Shown here: piece by piece, positions 55,369 through 64,000 of the stretch
How positions within the stretch are numbered: the stretch's first letter is position 1
How the letters are laid out: each line of letters begins with the position of its first letter
From: an uncultured bacterium
Lineage (GTDB): Bacteria > Verrucomicrobiota > Kiritimatiellia > RFP12 > UBA1067
Direction of reading: 5' to 3'
Assembly: GCA_902799385.1 (NCBI GenBank)
Contig: CADCAK010000001.1
Span: 96,566 to 160,565, forward strand
DNA length: 64,000 bases
Program-made: the position numbers and the translations under genes
Notes under the pieces: generated by a model
Seen by the model: only the letters and a program-made list of their open reading frames with translations
Told to the model about the DNA's origin: nothing
Database searches by the model: none

Positions 55369-57320
55369 CTTGCCTCCTCGCCTCCCGTCCGATTCGCGTC
55401 CTGCGGCACCTCTTCCCGTTCGAGCCCGACGAGCTTCGCCACCTCGCGCCCGTCCATCGTCTCCCGCTCGAGAAGGGTCTTGGCGAGAAGCTCGACCTTT
55501 GCCCGGTTTTCCGAAATCGACTTCTCGGCCCTGGCGTACGCGTCGGAGACGAGTTTCGCCACTTCCGCGTCGATTGCGCGCGAAGTCTCCTCGCTGAACG
55601 CGGGCGGCATCGCCTCGACCGCAGCGTAGGGGCTGGGTTCGTTGAACGACTGGAAGCCGAACTTTTCGCTCATGCCGTAGGTGCAGACCATCTTCCGCGC
55701 AATCTCGGTCGCCATGGCGATGTCCTGCGCGGCGCCGGTAGATATCTCACCGGTGAACATACTTTCCGCGATCCTGCCGCCGCAGCAGATGGCGAGCTCG
55801 TCGAGGAAGTGGCTCTTCGTGCGGTTCAGCACGTCGCGTTCGGGGAGCGACATGGTGACTCCCAGTGCCCGTCCGCGCGGTATGATCGTGACCTTGTGCA
55901 GCGGATCCGCGTTCTTCGCGAGAAGCTGCAGTATCGCGTGCCCGGACTCGTGCCATGCCGTTATCTCGCGGTCCTTCTGCGAATAGCCGGCGCTCTTGCG
56001 CTCGCGCCCCCAGAGAACCTTGTCGCGTGCCTCCTCAAGGGTCGCCATGTCCACGGCGTCGAGTTTCTTCCTGACTGACATGAGCGCGGCCTCGTTCAGG
56101 AGGTTCGCGAGGTCCGCGCCGGAAAAGCCGGGCGTGCCGCGCGCGATGCGCGAAAGGTCCGCGTCGGGGCCAAAGGTGATCTTCTTGCCGTGGAGCGCGA
56201 GAATCTCCTCGCGGCCCTTCAGTGTCGGCAGGTCGATCACGACCTGCCGGTCGAAGCGGCCGGGCCGCAGCAGCGCGGAGTCGAGCGTGTCGGGGCGGTT
56301 CGTCGCCGCGATGACGATAACGCCTTCGTTCGGCGAAAAGCCGTCCATCTCGACCAGCATCGTGTTCAGCGTCTGCTCGTTGTAGCGGCTCGCGCCGAGG
56401 GCACCCGCGCCGGTGCGCTTCATGCCTATGGAGTCAATCTCGTCGATGAAGATGATGCAGGGGGCCTTCTTCTTCGCTTCGGCGAACATGTCGCGCATGC
56501 GGCTCGCGCCGACGCCAACGAACATCTCCTCGAAGTCGCTGCCTGATATGGCGAAGAAGGGCACCTTCGCCTCGCCCGCGATTGCCTTGGCGAGAAGCGT
56601 CTTGCCCGTGCCGGGTGGGCCGACGAGCAGGACGCCCTTCGGGATGCGTCCGCCGAGCTTTCGGAACACGGCCGGCTCCTTGAGGAACGCGACGATCTCC
56701 TGAACCTCTTCCTTGGCCTCGTCCACGCCCGCGACGTCGGCAAACGTCACCTTCGCCTTCTCCGCCTTGCCGTCGAGCAGCTTCGCCCGCGACTTGCCGA
56801 AGCCGAACACGCCGCCGTCGCCGCCCATCTTGCGATAGAAGAACCAGTAGAAGAGGAACATCATGCCGCCGAGGAACAGGATGTTCATGACGAGCGGCGA
56901 AAGCGGACTCCGGCGCTCCTTGACCTTGACCTGGAGCTGCCTGTTGAAGAGGTCTTCCATCAGCGACTCGTTCTCGCCCGGAACGAGCGCCACGCGGTAC
57001 TTGACGCGCACGGGGTCGCCGTTCTTGTCGGCGAGCGGCCTGCCGTCCTTGTCGGACTTGTCCGTCTCCATTTCCCCGGTGAGGTATGTCACGCCCTCGT
57101 CGCGGTCGAGGAAGCGGACGACGGGCTCGACTACCTTTCCTTCGTCGAGCGCCTTGTAGAATTCGGTCTGCGTCAGCTCGTGCACGGCCGGCTCGCCGGG
57201 ATTGGTCTTGTAGAACGTGAAAAACAGCGCCACCGCGCCTGCGATTATGATCCACGATCGCATCGCGCCGACACTGTTCCCGTCCGGCTTGGCGGCGGGT
57301 CTCTGGGTCTTGTTGGACAT
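55365..57320 (-). CDS. ftsH: ATP-dependent zinc metalloprotease FtsH
   Basis: [27 protein letters not shown], zinc motif HESGHA, SRH region. Confidence 0.95.
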   Translation of the reverse strand: MSNKTQRPAAKPDGNSVGAMRSWIIIAGAVALFFTFYKTNPGEPAVHELTQTEFYKALDEGKVVEPVVRFLDRDEGVTYLTGEMETDKSDKDGRPLADKNGDPVRVKYRVALVPGENESLMEDLFNRQLQVKVKERRSPLSPLVMNILFLGGMMFLFYWFFYRKMGGDGGVFGFGKSRAKLLDGKAEKAKVTFADVAGVDEAKEEVQEIVAFLKEPAVFRKLGGRIPKGVLLVGPPGTGKTLLAKAIAGEAKVPFFAISGSDFEEMFVGVGASRMRDMFAEAKKKAPCIIFIDEIDSIGMKRTGAGALGASRYNEQTLNTMLVEMDGFSPNEGVIVIAATNRPDTLDSALLRPGRFDRQVVIDLPTLKGREEILALHGKKITFGPDADLSRIARGTPGFSGADLANLLNEAALMSVRKKLDAVDMATLEEARDKVLWGRERKSAGYSQKDREITAWHESGHAILQLLAKNADPLHKVTIIPRGRALGVTMSLPERDVLNRTKSHFLDELAICCGGRIAESMFTGEISTGAAQDIAMATEIARKMVCTYGMSEKFGFQSFNEPSPYAAVEAMPPAFSEETSRAIDAEVAKLVSDAYARAEKSISENRAKVELLAKTLLERETMDGREVAKLVGLEREEVPQDANRTGGEEAR

Positions 57321-57327
57321 ATAGGTA

Positions 57328-57336
57328 GATTATACC
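57328..57336 (-). promoter_or_regulatory. extended -10 TGGTATAAT (minus strand) ending 7 nt before the ftsH ATG
   Basis: Reverse complement reads TTTGGTATAATCTACCTATATG. No SD. Confidence 0.5.
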
Positions 57337-57364
57337 AAATCCGATTGACTTGTTGGGCGGGTTT

Positions 57365-57373
57365 TTGGTAAAT
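57365..57373 (+). promoter_or_regulatory. extended -10-like TGGTAAATT ending 11 nt before ATG 57385
   Basis: TTTTTGGTAAATT. Divergent from the ftsH promoter. Confidence 0.4.
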
Positions 57374-57384
57374 TCTGCCGTGCG

Positions 57385-58038
57385 ATGAGAAGGGATAGAC
57401 CATACACGTCGGGCGAGGAGATCGCAAATGCCGTTACGCACGTCGTCGGCTCGCACCTCGGGGCGGCAATGCTCGCGCTGCTTGTTTGGAATGGCGCGGC
57501 TAGCGGCGTAGACGTCGCGTGGAAGACGACTTCCGGCGCGATTTTTGGCTTTTCGATGATTCTCCTCTATGCGATATCGTCCGCATACCATGCGGTGACG
57601 TACCTTCCGGCGAAGCGCGTCCTCCATGTCATGGACCACATGGCGATCTACTTCCTCATAGCCGGTACGTATACGCCTTTCTGCCTCGTCACGCTGAGGC
57701 CGGACCATCCGGGGCTCGCGTGGACCATCTTCGGCATCGAGTGGGGCGGGACGCTTGCCGGGATCTTTTTCAAGATATGGACTACCGGGCGGTTCAGGAT
57801 CGTATCGACATTGGCGTACATCGTCATGGGATGGGTGGCGATCCTCGCGATCGTGCCGCTCATACGTTCGCTTCACGGTCTCGGCACGATGTGGCTTACG
57901 CTTGGTGGCGGGCTCTACACGCTTGGCTGCGTCTTCTATCTCTGGAAGTCGCTTCCCTACGCGCACATGGTGTGGCACCTCTTCGTGCTCGCAGGGACAA
58001 TCTGCCATTTCTTCTGCATACTCTGGTATGTGATGTAG
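57385..58038 (+). CDS. hemolysin III / PAQR family membrane protein
   Basis: 217 aa with seven hydrophobic segments. EEIANAVTHVVG, SSAYH, DHMAIYFLIAGTYTP, HLFVLAGTICHF. Confidence 0.88.
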   Translation: MRRDRPYTSGEEIANAVTHVVGSHLGAAMLALLVWNGAASGVDVAWKTTSGAIFGFSMILLYAISSAYHAVTYLPAKRVLHVMDHMAIYFLIAGTYTPFCLVTLRPDHPGLAWTIFGIEWGGTLAGIFFKIWTTGRFRIVSTLAYIVMGWVAILAIVPLIRSLHGLGTMWLTLGGGLYTLGCVFYLWKSLPYAHMVWHLFVLAGTICHFFCILWYVM

Positions 58039-58099
58039 GGCCCTTGCCTCGGCAGGATACTTATCATGGATTTCCTGGCATTCGCCATGCCGCCGAAAA

Positions 58100-58108
58100 T
58101 GGTATAAT
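58100..58108 (+). promoter_or_regulatory. extended -10 TGGTATAAT ending 10 nt before the gltX ATG
   Basis: AAAATGGTATAATATCCACCACTATG. No SD. Confidence 0.5.
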
Positions 58109-58118
58109 ATCCACCACT

Positions 58119-59489
58119 ATGTCCGAAATCAGAGTTCGTTTCGCGCCGTCGCCGACCGGCAAGGTGCACATCGGCAACATCCGTGCCGCAATCTACAACT
58201 GGCTTTTCGCCCGCCACACAGGCGGCAAGTTCCTCCTTCGCGTCGAGGACACCGACCTCGAACGCTCCACACCTGAGGCGATTGCCGTGCTCTTCGACTG
58301 CATGAAGTGGCTCGGGCTCGACTGGGACGAGGAAGTTTTCTACCAGACGAAGAACGTTAAGCGCCACCTCGAAGTCGTCGACCAGCTTCTCGCGAGCGGC
58401 CATGCCTACAAGGTCGAGAAGACCTCGCGCGACGGCAAGACCGGCGTCGTCACGATGTTCAAGATGCCCAAGGAGGGCGTCATCGAGTTCGACGACATCG
58501 TGAAGGGTCACATGGCGAAGAAGGCTGAGGACATCCAGGACTTCGCAATTGTCCGCTCGGACGGCTCTCCCATCTTCCATATCGCGAACGTCGTCGATGA
58601 CATCGACCAGCGCGTCACGCACATCATCCGCGGCGACGACCATGTCGAGAACACTTTCAAGCATATCTGCATTTTCCGTGCGCTCGGCGCGGAGGTCCCG
58701 AAGTACGGTCATCTCTCGATGATCGTCAACCAGCAGGGCAAGCCCTACTCGAAGCGCGACGGTGCGGCGTTTGTCGGCGAGTACCGCGAGCAGGGGTATC
58801 TCCCCGAGGCGCTTTTCAACTACCTTCTTCTTCTTGGGTGGAATCCTGGCGACGACCGCGAGGTGCTGACGCGCGAGGAGATGGTGAAGCTTTTCGAGCT
58901 CGAGAAAGTTCATGTTACTGCGGCGATGTTCGATCCGAAGAAGCTTGCGTGGATGAATGGCGAGTACATAAAGAAGATTCCAGCGAGCGAATTTAGAGAT
59001 ATGTTGGTTCAGTCGGCGGCGGCCGAAGGCTCCTCCTCGCGGAACCTCGGCGAATACGCCGTATCCGCTCGCTCGGACCTTCGCTCCGCCGCTGATCAAA
59101 TTGCGTGGTGGGACTATCTCGCCTCGCAGGTGCAGGTGCGGACGAAGTTCTTGAAGGACATTCCGGATGCAATTAGGTGCTTTGTCTCCGACGATTTTCC
59201 GTTTGACGAAAAGGCGGTTGAAAAGCGCTTGAAGAAGCCGGGCGTGAAGGAGCTTCTGCTTGATCTCGTAGAGCGCTTCTCAAAGGTCGGGGACTGGACG
59301 GCGCCCACGCTTGAGGCGGTAGTCAAGGAGCTTTCGCAAGGCAACGGCATGGGCCCGTGGGTGCACCCCGTCCGCGTTGCGGTCTCTGGCCGTGGCGAGG
59401 GCATTGGGCTTTTCGAGATGCTCCAGCTTCTCGGCCGCGAAAAGACATTGGCTCGTCTGCGTCATGCGGCAGAGACATTGGCTTCTTAA
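58119..59489 (+). CDS. gltX: glutamate--tRNA ligase
   Basis: MSEIRVRFAPSPTGKVHIGNIRAAIYNWLFAR (HIGN), DRVTHIIRGDDHVENT, KPYSKRDG. ORF track start 57519 overlaps the hemolysin-III gene and is rejected. Confidence 0.92.
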   Translation: MSEIRVRFAPSPTGKVHIGNIRAAIYNWLFARHTGGKFLLRVEDTDLERSTPEAIAVLFDCMKWLGLDWDEEVFYQTKNVKRHLEVVDQLLASGHAYKVEKTSRDGKTGVVTMFKMPKEGVIEFDDIVKGHMAKKAEDIQDFAIVRSDGSPIFHIANVVDDIDQRVTHIIRGDDHVENTFKHICIFRALGAEVPKYGHLSMIVNQQGKPYSKRDGAAFVGEYREQGYLPEALFNYLLLLGWNPGDDREVLTREEMVKLFELEKVHVTAAMFDPKKLAWMNGEYIKKIPASEFRDMLVQSAAAEGSSSRNLGEYAVSARSDLRSAADQIAWWDYLASQVQVRTKFLKDIPDAIRCFVSDDFPFDEKAVEKRLKKPGVKELLLDLVERFSKVGDWTAPTLEAVVKELSQGNGMGPWVHPVRVAVSGRGEGIGLFEMLQLLGREKTLARLRHAAETLAS

Positions 59490-59533
59490 CAGTTGACTTG
59501 ATTGTCTAAAGGTTGCCAGTTGTGGCGCATTGT

Positions 59534-60085
59534 ATGCTTGACATCGTTATCATACTTCCGCCAGAAGGCTCAACACTCGCAGAGGCGAAGGCATCTATCG
59601 AACGTCTGCGCGGCAAGGTTTTTGTCAATAAGCGGACAGGCATATCAGCGCGGCTGTCGTCGAGCGCAAAAGGTAAGCTTGTCAGCAACAAGGCTGCGGG
59701 AAAATCTAGGGCAAATGGATTTACAAGTGAACAGCACAACGCATTGGCGACGAATATAGACAAGATATATGTTGAATCTGACCTCGCATCGTCTAGGCCA
59801 GATAAAGCTGGCGATGCAAATATTGTCTCAATTAAGCGGTTCTATAAGAAAGTCGCATTTGGTCAGAAAATGGCCGTCGCATGGACAACTGTCAAGGAGT
59901 CCAGGCAGCATGGACACCATATTTATTCCGTTGAGGCGATAAAGTTGGAGGCACTTGATCGTAAAGTAGAGGTGGTTTCCGGAAACACGCCTCACGCCTC
60001 AAGTGCCTCAACGCCTAATATTGTAGCAAAAGTGCTTTCGTGCATCAAGGGGGTCTGCAACCATGTTTGGAGGGTGTTAAGATGA
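59534..60085 (+). CDS. hypothetical protein, possibly a stand-alone domain of phage/ICE polyvalent-protein type
   Basis: Lower-GC. GKVFVNKRTGISARLSSSAKGKLVSNKAAGKSRANGF...HIYSVEAIKLE resembles domains seen in large polyvalent proteins of mobile elements; this is recollection, not a search. Start uncertain (TTG 59513 or ATG 59534). Confidence 0.45.
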   Translation: MLDIVIILPPEGSTLAEAKASIERLRGKVFVNKRTGISARLSSSAKGKLVSNKAAGKSRANGFTSEQHNALATNIDKIYVESDLASSRPDKAGDANIVSIKRFYKKVAFGQKMAVAWTTVKESRQHGHHIYSVEAIKLEALDRKVEVVSGNTPHASSASTPNIVAKVLSCIKGVCNHVWRVLR

Positions 60086-61410
60086 AAAGACCATTTGACA
60101 GAATCGTTGGGCCGGAGGGCGAGTGGATTGACGATGATGGCGCGGAGAAGCCGGATTGTTCGGCGGAGGATGTCGCTGCAGAGTGGCACCCAACTCGTGA
60201 CGAGTTTATGATCCGCTGTCTCAACGCGGCCGTCAATTTGCGCGGGGTAATGACATTTTCCGAGTTCTGTGAAATCTATAACGAGTATGCAGAAGGCCAT
60301 GAGTCGCCCGTCTCGGATACACTTGATGAGAACGAACTCGGTAGATTCATGAGTCGGGTAGCCGACAGCAAAGAGGGCGACGGCACGCCTCTTGACAGAT
60401 TGCTTGAGGAGTTCGGCATAAACTTTGCTTGCTGGAGCGACAATAATGACGGCGCTAGTCTTGTCGTCAAACGAACGTTGATCGATGTGGAAGATGATAT
60501 CCGCAAAAGCAAAATACCACCGACCGACAAGGAGATTTTTGCACTGATTGACAAGCGTGTAGCCGTTGCCCGCGAGGCGTTTGCGAAAGTGGACTTCCCG
60601 CACTTTGACGAGGATGCGTTTCTGTCGTTTGAGTTTATGGACGATGAAGATGATGACTACGATGCCGAAGATGGCGAGCTGGTCAAGTTGGAGGAACTGC
60701 CGCCTGCAAAATACACGGGGCCGGTCGATTTCAAGTTCGTCAAAGATCCTGTGAAACGCGAGAAGGCAATCTACGATTACGATGGTGTAAGGGCCGTAAC
60801 TCGCGAATTCGTTTGTCGCGTGGTGATGCATGAACTGACGCAGGAAGAGCGGCGTGACGCCGCGAAGCGACTCGGCATCACGACCGATCCGAAGACGGGA
60901 TTCATCCCCGATGCAAATCTTGACATGGTGGCTGGGGACTTTGCTGCAATGATGGACGACCAGCATGGAGAACCGGCGATCAGGCGTGTTCTTAGGCGCA
61001 TGGATACGCTGGGCGGCTACGACCGTGCGGCGGCTACCTACTACGAAAACTACCGTTATACGTGGCTTGAAGTTCTTGCAGTCAAGGCGGGCGTCGGCAT
61101 GAAGTGTCGCGACCTTTTGACAGGAGAGGAGCTTTTTCTCATGGAGAAGAGCTTCAGTCTCGGCGATGTGAAGGGCATGACGGTTTGCGCCGGGATAGCG
61201 CCAATGGGGGATGTATATCTCGTCCTTGGCGTCATCCACCCTGCGAACTTCGAAAATCCGGCGACGATACTGAAAATCGTGATGACCCATCTCGGTTTGC
61301 CTACCGAACCGCCGATCCAGCTTTCGTTTGCCGATCAGGCGCGTTTCGCAGCAGAGACGATTCGCCGCATAAACGCCAATGGGAAGTTCGCGAACATCGT
61401 CATGGGATGA
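60082..61410 (+). CDS. hypothetical acidic protein (442 aa)
   Basis: GGAGGG SD. ATG 60082 forms an ATGA overlap with the upstream stop. No recognisable motif. Lower GC. Confidence 0.6.
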   Translation: MKRPFDRIVGPEGEWIDDDGAEKPDCSAEDVAAEWHPTRDEFMIRCLNAAVNLRGVMTFSEFCEIYNEYAEGHESPVSDTLDENELGRFMSRVADSKEGDGTPLDRLLEEFGINFACWSDNNDGASLVVKRTLIDVEDDIRKSKIPPTDKEIFALIDKRVAVAREAFAKVDFPHFDEDAFLSFEFMDDEDDDYDAEDGELVKLEELPPAKYTGPVDFKFVKDPVKREKAIYDYDGVRAVTREFVCRVVMHELTQEERRDAAKRLGITTDPKTGFIPDANLDMVAGDFAAMMDDQHGEPAIRRVLRRMDTLGGYDRAAATYYENYRYTWLEVLAVKAGVGMKCRDLLTGEELFLMEKSFSLGDVKGMTVCAGIAPMGDVYLVLGVIHPANFENPATILKIVMTHLGLPTEPPIQLSFADQARFAAETIRRINANGKFANIVMG

Positions 61411-61455
61411 CGTTCTACTTGGGCGGTAGATAAAGTATAAGAGGACACGCTAAGT

Positions 61456-62652
61456 ATGTGGAAGCTCATATTCCAGATTGTTCCAATCGCGGCGTGGGTC
61501 GTCGCGTTTATCGTAGTCGTTCGTCCTCTTAAGCTTTCACGGCGTGGTACATTTGTCGCGTCCGTGCTGTTTGCCGTCGCGTTCGGCAAGTTCGCATTCT
61601 TTGCAACCGTCGGCGGCGACGCGTTTACGCCTAACCTTCCTGCCCTCGTAATATGGGGTTACGGCTGGATATACGCAGCCGCCATGATGCTTGCTGCTGT
61701 GGCATTCCCGTTTACTGTCTTTTATTATCTGCTTGGGCTTGCGAAGATACGCTTTTCCGTGCGGACGACTCGCGGCGTATTTGTTGTGTTCGCCATTTGC
61801 ACAGCCGCTCTTTCCGCGTGGGGAATATACGAGGGTGTGAGGACTCCCGATGTGAATCGCATAGAAATAGAGTACGACGATCTCCCGCAGTCGTTTGACG
61901 GCTACCGCATCGTCCACCTCAGCGATCTTCATTGCTCCACATCTGCGCGCCGTCCGCGCTTCGAGCGCATAGTAGAGCGTGTCAATGCGCTCGATGCAGA
62001 CCTGATTGCGATTACTGGTGACTTTGTGGACGGGCTTGTGTGCGAGCGGATAGACGACATGGAGCCGCTTGCCCATCTTCATGCGCGCGACGGCGTATGG
62101 GGGTGTACAGGAAACCACGAGTGCTACTGGGAGTGGGGCGCGTGGTCGGATGCGCTGATGCGCCTGGGCTTGCGCGTCTTCAGCGGCTACAATTGCTTCG
62201 CCGGAAATGTCATTACGAGGGGCGACGCGGCGCTTGCAATCGGCGGGCTCGGCGATCCGCGATTCTTCTTCGGCGATTTCGAGTCAGACGAACGGGCGAT
62301 TGCCGAATGGACGACCCGCGTGAAGCATGCATTTGATGGCACGCCGAAGGGGGCGTTTCGCATTCTACTTTTCCACCGTCCGTGCACGGAGCGGATTGGC
62401 GCAGAAGCTGCGGACGTGAAGTTGCAGCTCTCTGGTCATACGCACGGCGGCGCGATGCCAGGCGTAAAGTGGCTTGTCGCGCGCTACAACGAAGGGCATG
62501 TCCGTGGACTCTACGAGTTTGCAAAAGGGCGCTATCTTCATGTCTCCCCTGGAACCGGACAGTGGGCGGGCTTTCCCCTGCGGCTCTTCAACCCGACCGA
62601 GATAACGGAAATCACGCTTCGCAGGAAAGCCGCTGGCGGGAGCGAACGGTGA
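61456..62652 (+). CDS. membrane-anchored metallophosphoesterase (calcineurin-like, YkuE-type)
   Basis: N-terminal TM segments, then IVHLSDLHCS, ITGDFVDG, GNHE, SGHTHGG. Confidence 0.85.
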   Translation: MWKLIFQIVPIAAWVVAFIVVVRPLKLSRRGTFVASVLFAVAFGKFAFFATVGGDAFTPNLPALVIWGYGWIYAAAMMLAAVAFPFTVFYYLLGLAKIRFSVRTTRGVFVVFAICTAALSAWGIYEGVRTPDVNRIEIEYDDLPQSFDGYRIVHLSDLHCSTSARRPRFERIVERVNALDADLIAITGDFVDGLVCERIDDMEPLAHLHARDGVWGCTGNHECYWEWGAWSDALMRLGLRVFSGYNCFAGNVITRGDAALAIGGLGDPRFFFGDFESDERAIAEWTTRVKHAFDGTPKGAFRILLFHRPCTERIGAEAADVKLQLSGHTHGGAMPGVKWLVARYNEGHVRGLYEFAKGRYLHVSPGTGQWAGFPLRLFNPTEITEITLRRKAAGGSER

Positions 62653-63530
62653 GCTGGACTTCCCTGATACTGGCGAGTGCCGTCTTTCTCGCGCTTTACG
62701 ACCTCGCGAAAAAGGCGAGCGTGCGTGACAACGCAGTCCTGCCGACATTGCTCATTTCCACTTGCTTCGGGTGTGTCGCGTATGTCGCCGGTGTTGTTCT
62801 TTGCGGCCGTCTCGACGATGCGACGGTGATGACGCGCGAGCTGCTTGCCCTGTCCGCAATAAAATGCATCATCGTCGGCACATCGTGGGTGTTCACATTT
62901 CGTGCGCTCAGGACGCTCCCGATTTCCATCGCGACTCCCATACGCGCGTCCGCGCCTGCGCTTGTCTTTATCATTGCGTTCGTTCTCTACGGCGAGCGGC
63001 CTTCGCTCGTTCAGCTGATCGGCATGGCGACGGTGTTCGCCGGCTACTTCGTTTTCTCTTGGGCGGGGCGGCACGAGGGGATAGACTTTTTCAGGAACCG
63101 CGCCGTGTGGTACGCGTTCGCGGGCGCTACCTGCTCGGCACTTTCGTCGATATGGGACAAGTACCTCTTCCAAGTGCGCGCACTTCCTGTCGAGTCGGTT
63201 CAGCTTGCGTTTCAGGTAGGGCTTGTCGTCTTCTACGCCGTCGCGCTCGCGGCATCGCGCCTTTTCAATGCCGAGAAGGTCGCGTTCGAATGGCGCCGCA
63301 CGATACCGCTAGTCGGCATACTTCTTGCCGTGGCCGACTGGCTCTACTTCCAGGGACTTGCCTGCTCCGATGCGCCTGTTTCCGCGGCGTCGCTTCTTCG
63401 TCGCTTCTCCGTCGTGATAACATTTGTCCTCGGTGCTCGCTTCTTCCACGAGACGAACCTCATTCGCAAGGGGCTTGCTCTTGCGGCTATAGTAGTCGGC
63501 GTTGTCTTGATATGTCTTGGAAAGGGGTGA
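62649..63530 (+). CDS. EamA/DMT family transporter
   Basis: GTG 62649 overlaps the upstream stop (GTGA). Ten hydrophobic segments with two EamA-like halves. ORF track start 62382 overlaps the upstream gene and is rejected. Confidence 0.75.
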   Translation: MSWTSLILASAVFLALYDLAKKASVRDNAVLPTLLISTCFGCVAYVAGVVLCGRLDDATVMTRELLALSAIKCIIVGTSWVFTFRALRTLPISIATPIRASAPALVFIIAFVLYGERPSLVQLIGMATVFAGYFVFSWAGRHEGIDFFRNRAVWYAFAGATCSALSSIWDKYLFQVRALPVESVQLAFQVGLVVFYAVALAASRLFNAEKVAFEWRRTIPLVGILLAVADWLYFQGLACSDAPVSAASLLRRFSVVITFVLGARFFHETNLIRKGLALAAIVVGVVLICLGKG

Positions 63531-63534
63531 TTGC

Positions 63535-64000
63535 ATGAAAATACTGCTTGTCGGATACAAGGCCCAGGATTTATTTGAAGTGAACAGGCGCGGCGAGAGA
63601 CGCCCCGTTTCGTGGCTTGACGGCGACATCACCTGCCACACGCTCGACATCTACCACTGCCACGCAATCGAAAACTCGTCTTGCGGCGTGAAGGCGGTTT
63701 GCTCGCCGCACTTGCCGAAGGAGAATTGGGATCTCATAAAGTTCAAGACAGGCCCGAAGCTTATGTCGGGCGAGCTTTCGCTCGATCTACTTCAGGAAAT
63801 ACACCTACTGCACCCAAAGCACTTCGAGCTTGAATTCGTCGGTCGCGAGCGCGACAGGAACGACCTGCTTGCAAAGATCAAGGACGATCCGGATCGCGTG
63901 CGCGACTTTTCCGCGACATGGCCTGCGAGCGTCCCGGGCGGACAGAAGCTCATGCTAACGAGCTTCCCTGGATGCTTCTGCCATCGTCGCGTGGACGATG
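63535..64000 (+). CDS. 3'-truncated ORF, possibly an RsmC/RlmG-like SAM-dependent methyltransferase (N-terminal part)
   Basis: Open from ATG 63535 to the window end; hand translation begins MKILLVGYKAQDLFEV. Ends ..LTSFPGCFCHRRVDD, resembling the PGVFS..LD motif that precedes the methyltransferase domain. Absent from the ORF track because it has no stop. Confidence 0.45.
   Translation, partial: MKILLVGYKAQDLFEVNRRGERRPVSWLDGDITCHTLDIYHCHAIENSSCGVKAVCSPHLPKENWDLIKFKTGPKLMSGELSLDLLQEIHLLHPKHFELEFVGRERDRNDLLAKIKDDPDRVRDFSATWPASVPGGQKLMLTSFPGCFCHRRVDD

Overview
GC-rich bacterial chromosomal segment with about 47 supportable protein-coding genes. I found no rRNA, tRNA, CRISPR array, transposase or integrase. 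Gene content (secreted glycoside hydrolases, DUF1080, TAT-signal Gfo/Idh/MocA oxidoreductase, alpha-2-macroglobulin) suggests a glycan-degrading PVC-type organism such as Lentisphaerota or Kiritimatiellota; this taxonomic guess is weak.

Layout:
- 1-2.2 kb: lower-GC region with small ORFs, a gene remnant and short repeats.
- 2.2-27.8 kb (+): lacZ-type GH2, oxidoreductase, rsmE, GDPD, etfBA plus acyl-CoA dehydrogenase, a large secreted transglutaminase-like/discoidin protein, GH116, DUF1080, alpha-2-macroglobulin, rpoD, an RRM protein, DJ-1 and a ClC channel.
- 27.8-40.3 kb (+): visibly lower-GC accessory island encoding paralogous secreted proteins.
- 40.3-49.0 kb (+): ABC-transporter-dependent glycan locus.
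- 49.0-57.3 kb (-): ftsH-cdaA-miniCdaR-ftsK-rodZ-like, then nagB-Zn-ribbon-nuclease, joined by ATGA start/stop overlaps.
- 57.4-64.0 kb (+): hemolysin-III, gltX, a two-gene lower-GC cassette, a metallophosphoesterase, an EamA transporter and a partial methyltransferase.

Most interesting:
1. The 27.8-40.3 kb island. It holds two Cys-rich small secreted proteins, two membrane-anchored HEAT proteins, two CxxC thioredoxin-fold proteins, a C10 peptidase, a parvulin-like chaperone and an atypical Wzy_C protein. Three of these share a C-terminal module. The island has a ~300 nt structured leader and a G10 tract in front of the peptidase gene.
2. A GT8-GT2 glycosyltransferase whose C-terminus is 12 near-identical 63-bp (21-aa) tandem repeats, which may act as a variable coiled-coil ruler.
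3. A recurring TGGTATAAT element only 6-11 nt upstream of several start codons that lack a Shine-Dalgarno sequence, which suggests leaderless mRNAs.

All functional calls come from motif recognition by eye. No database search was run.
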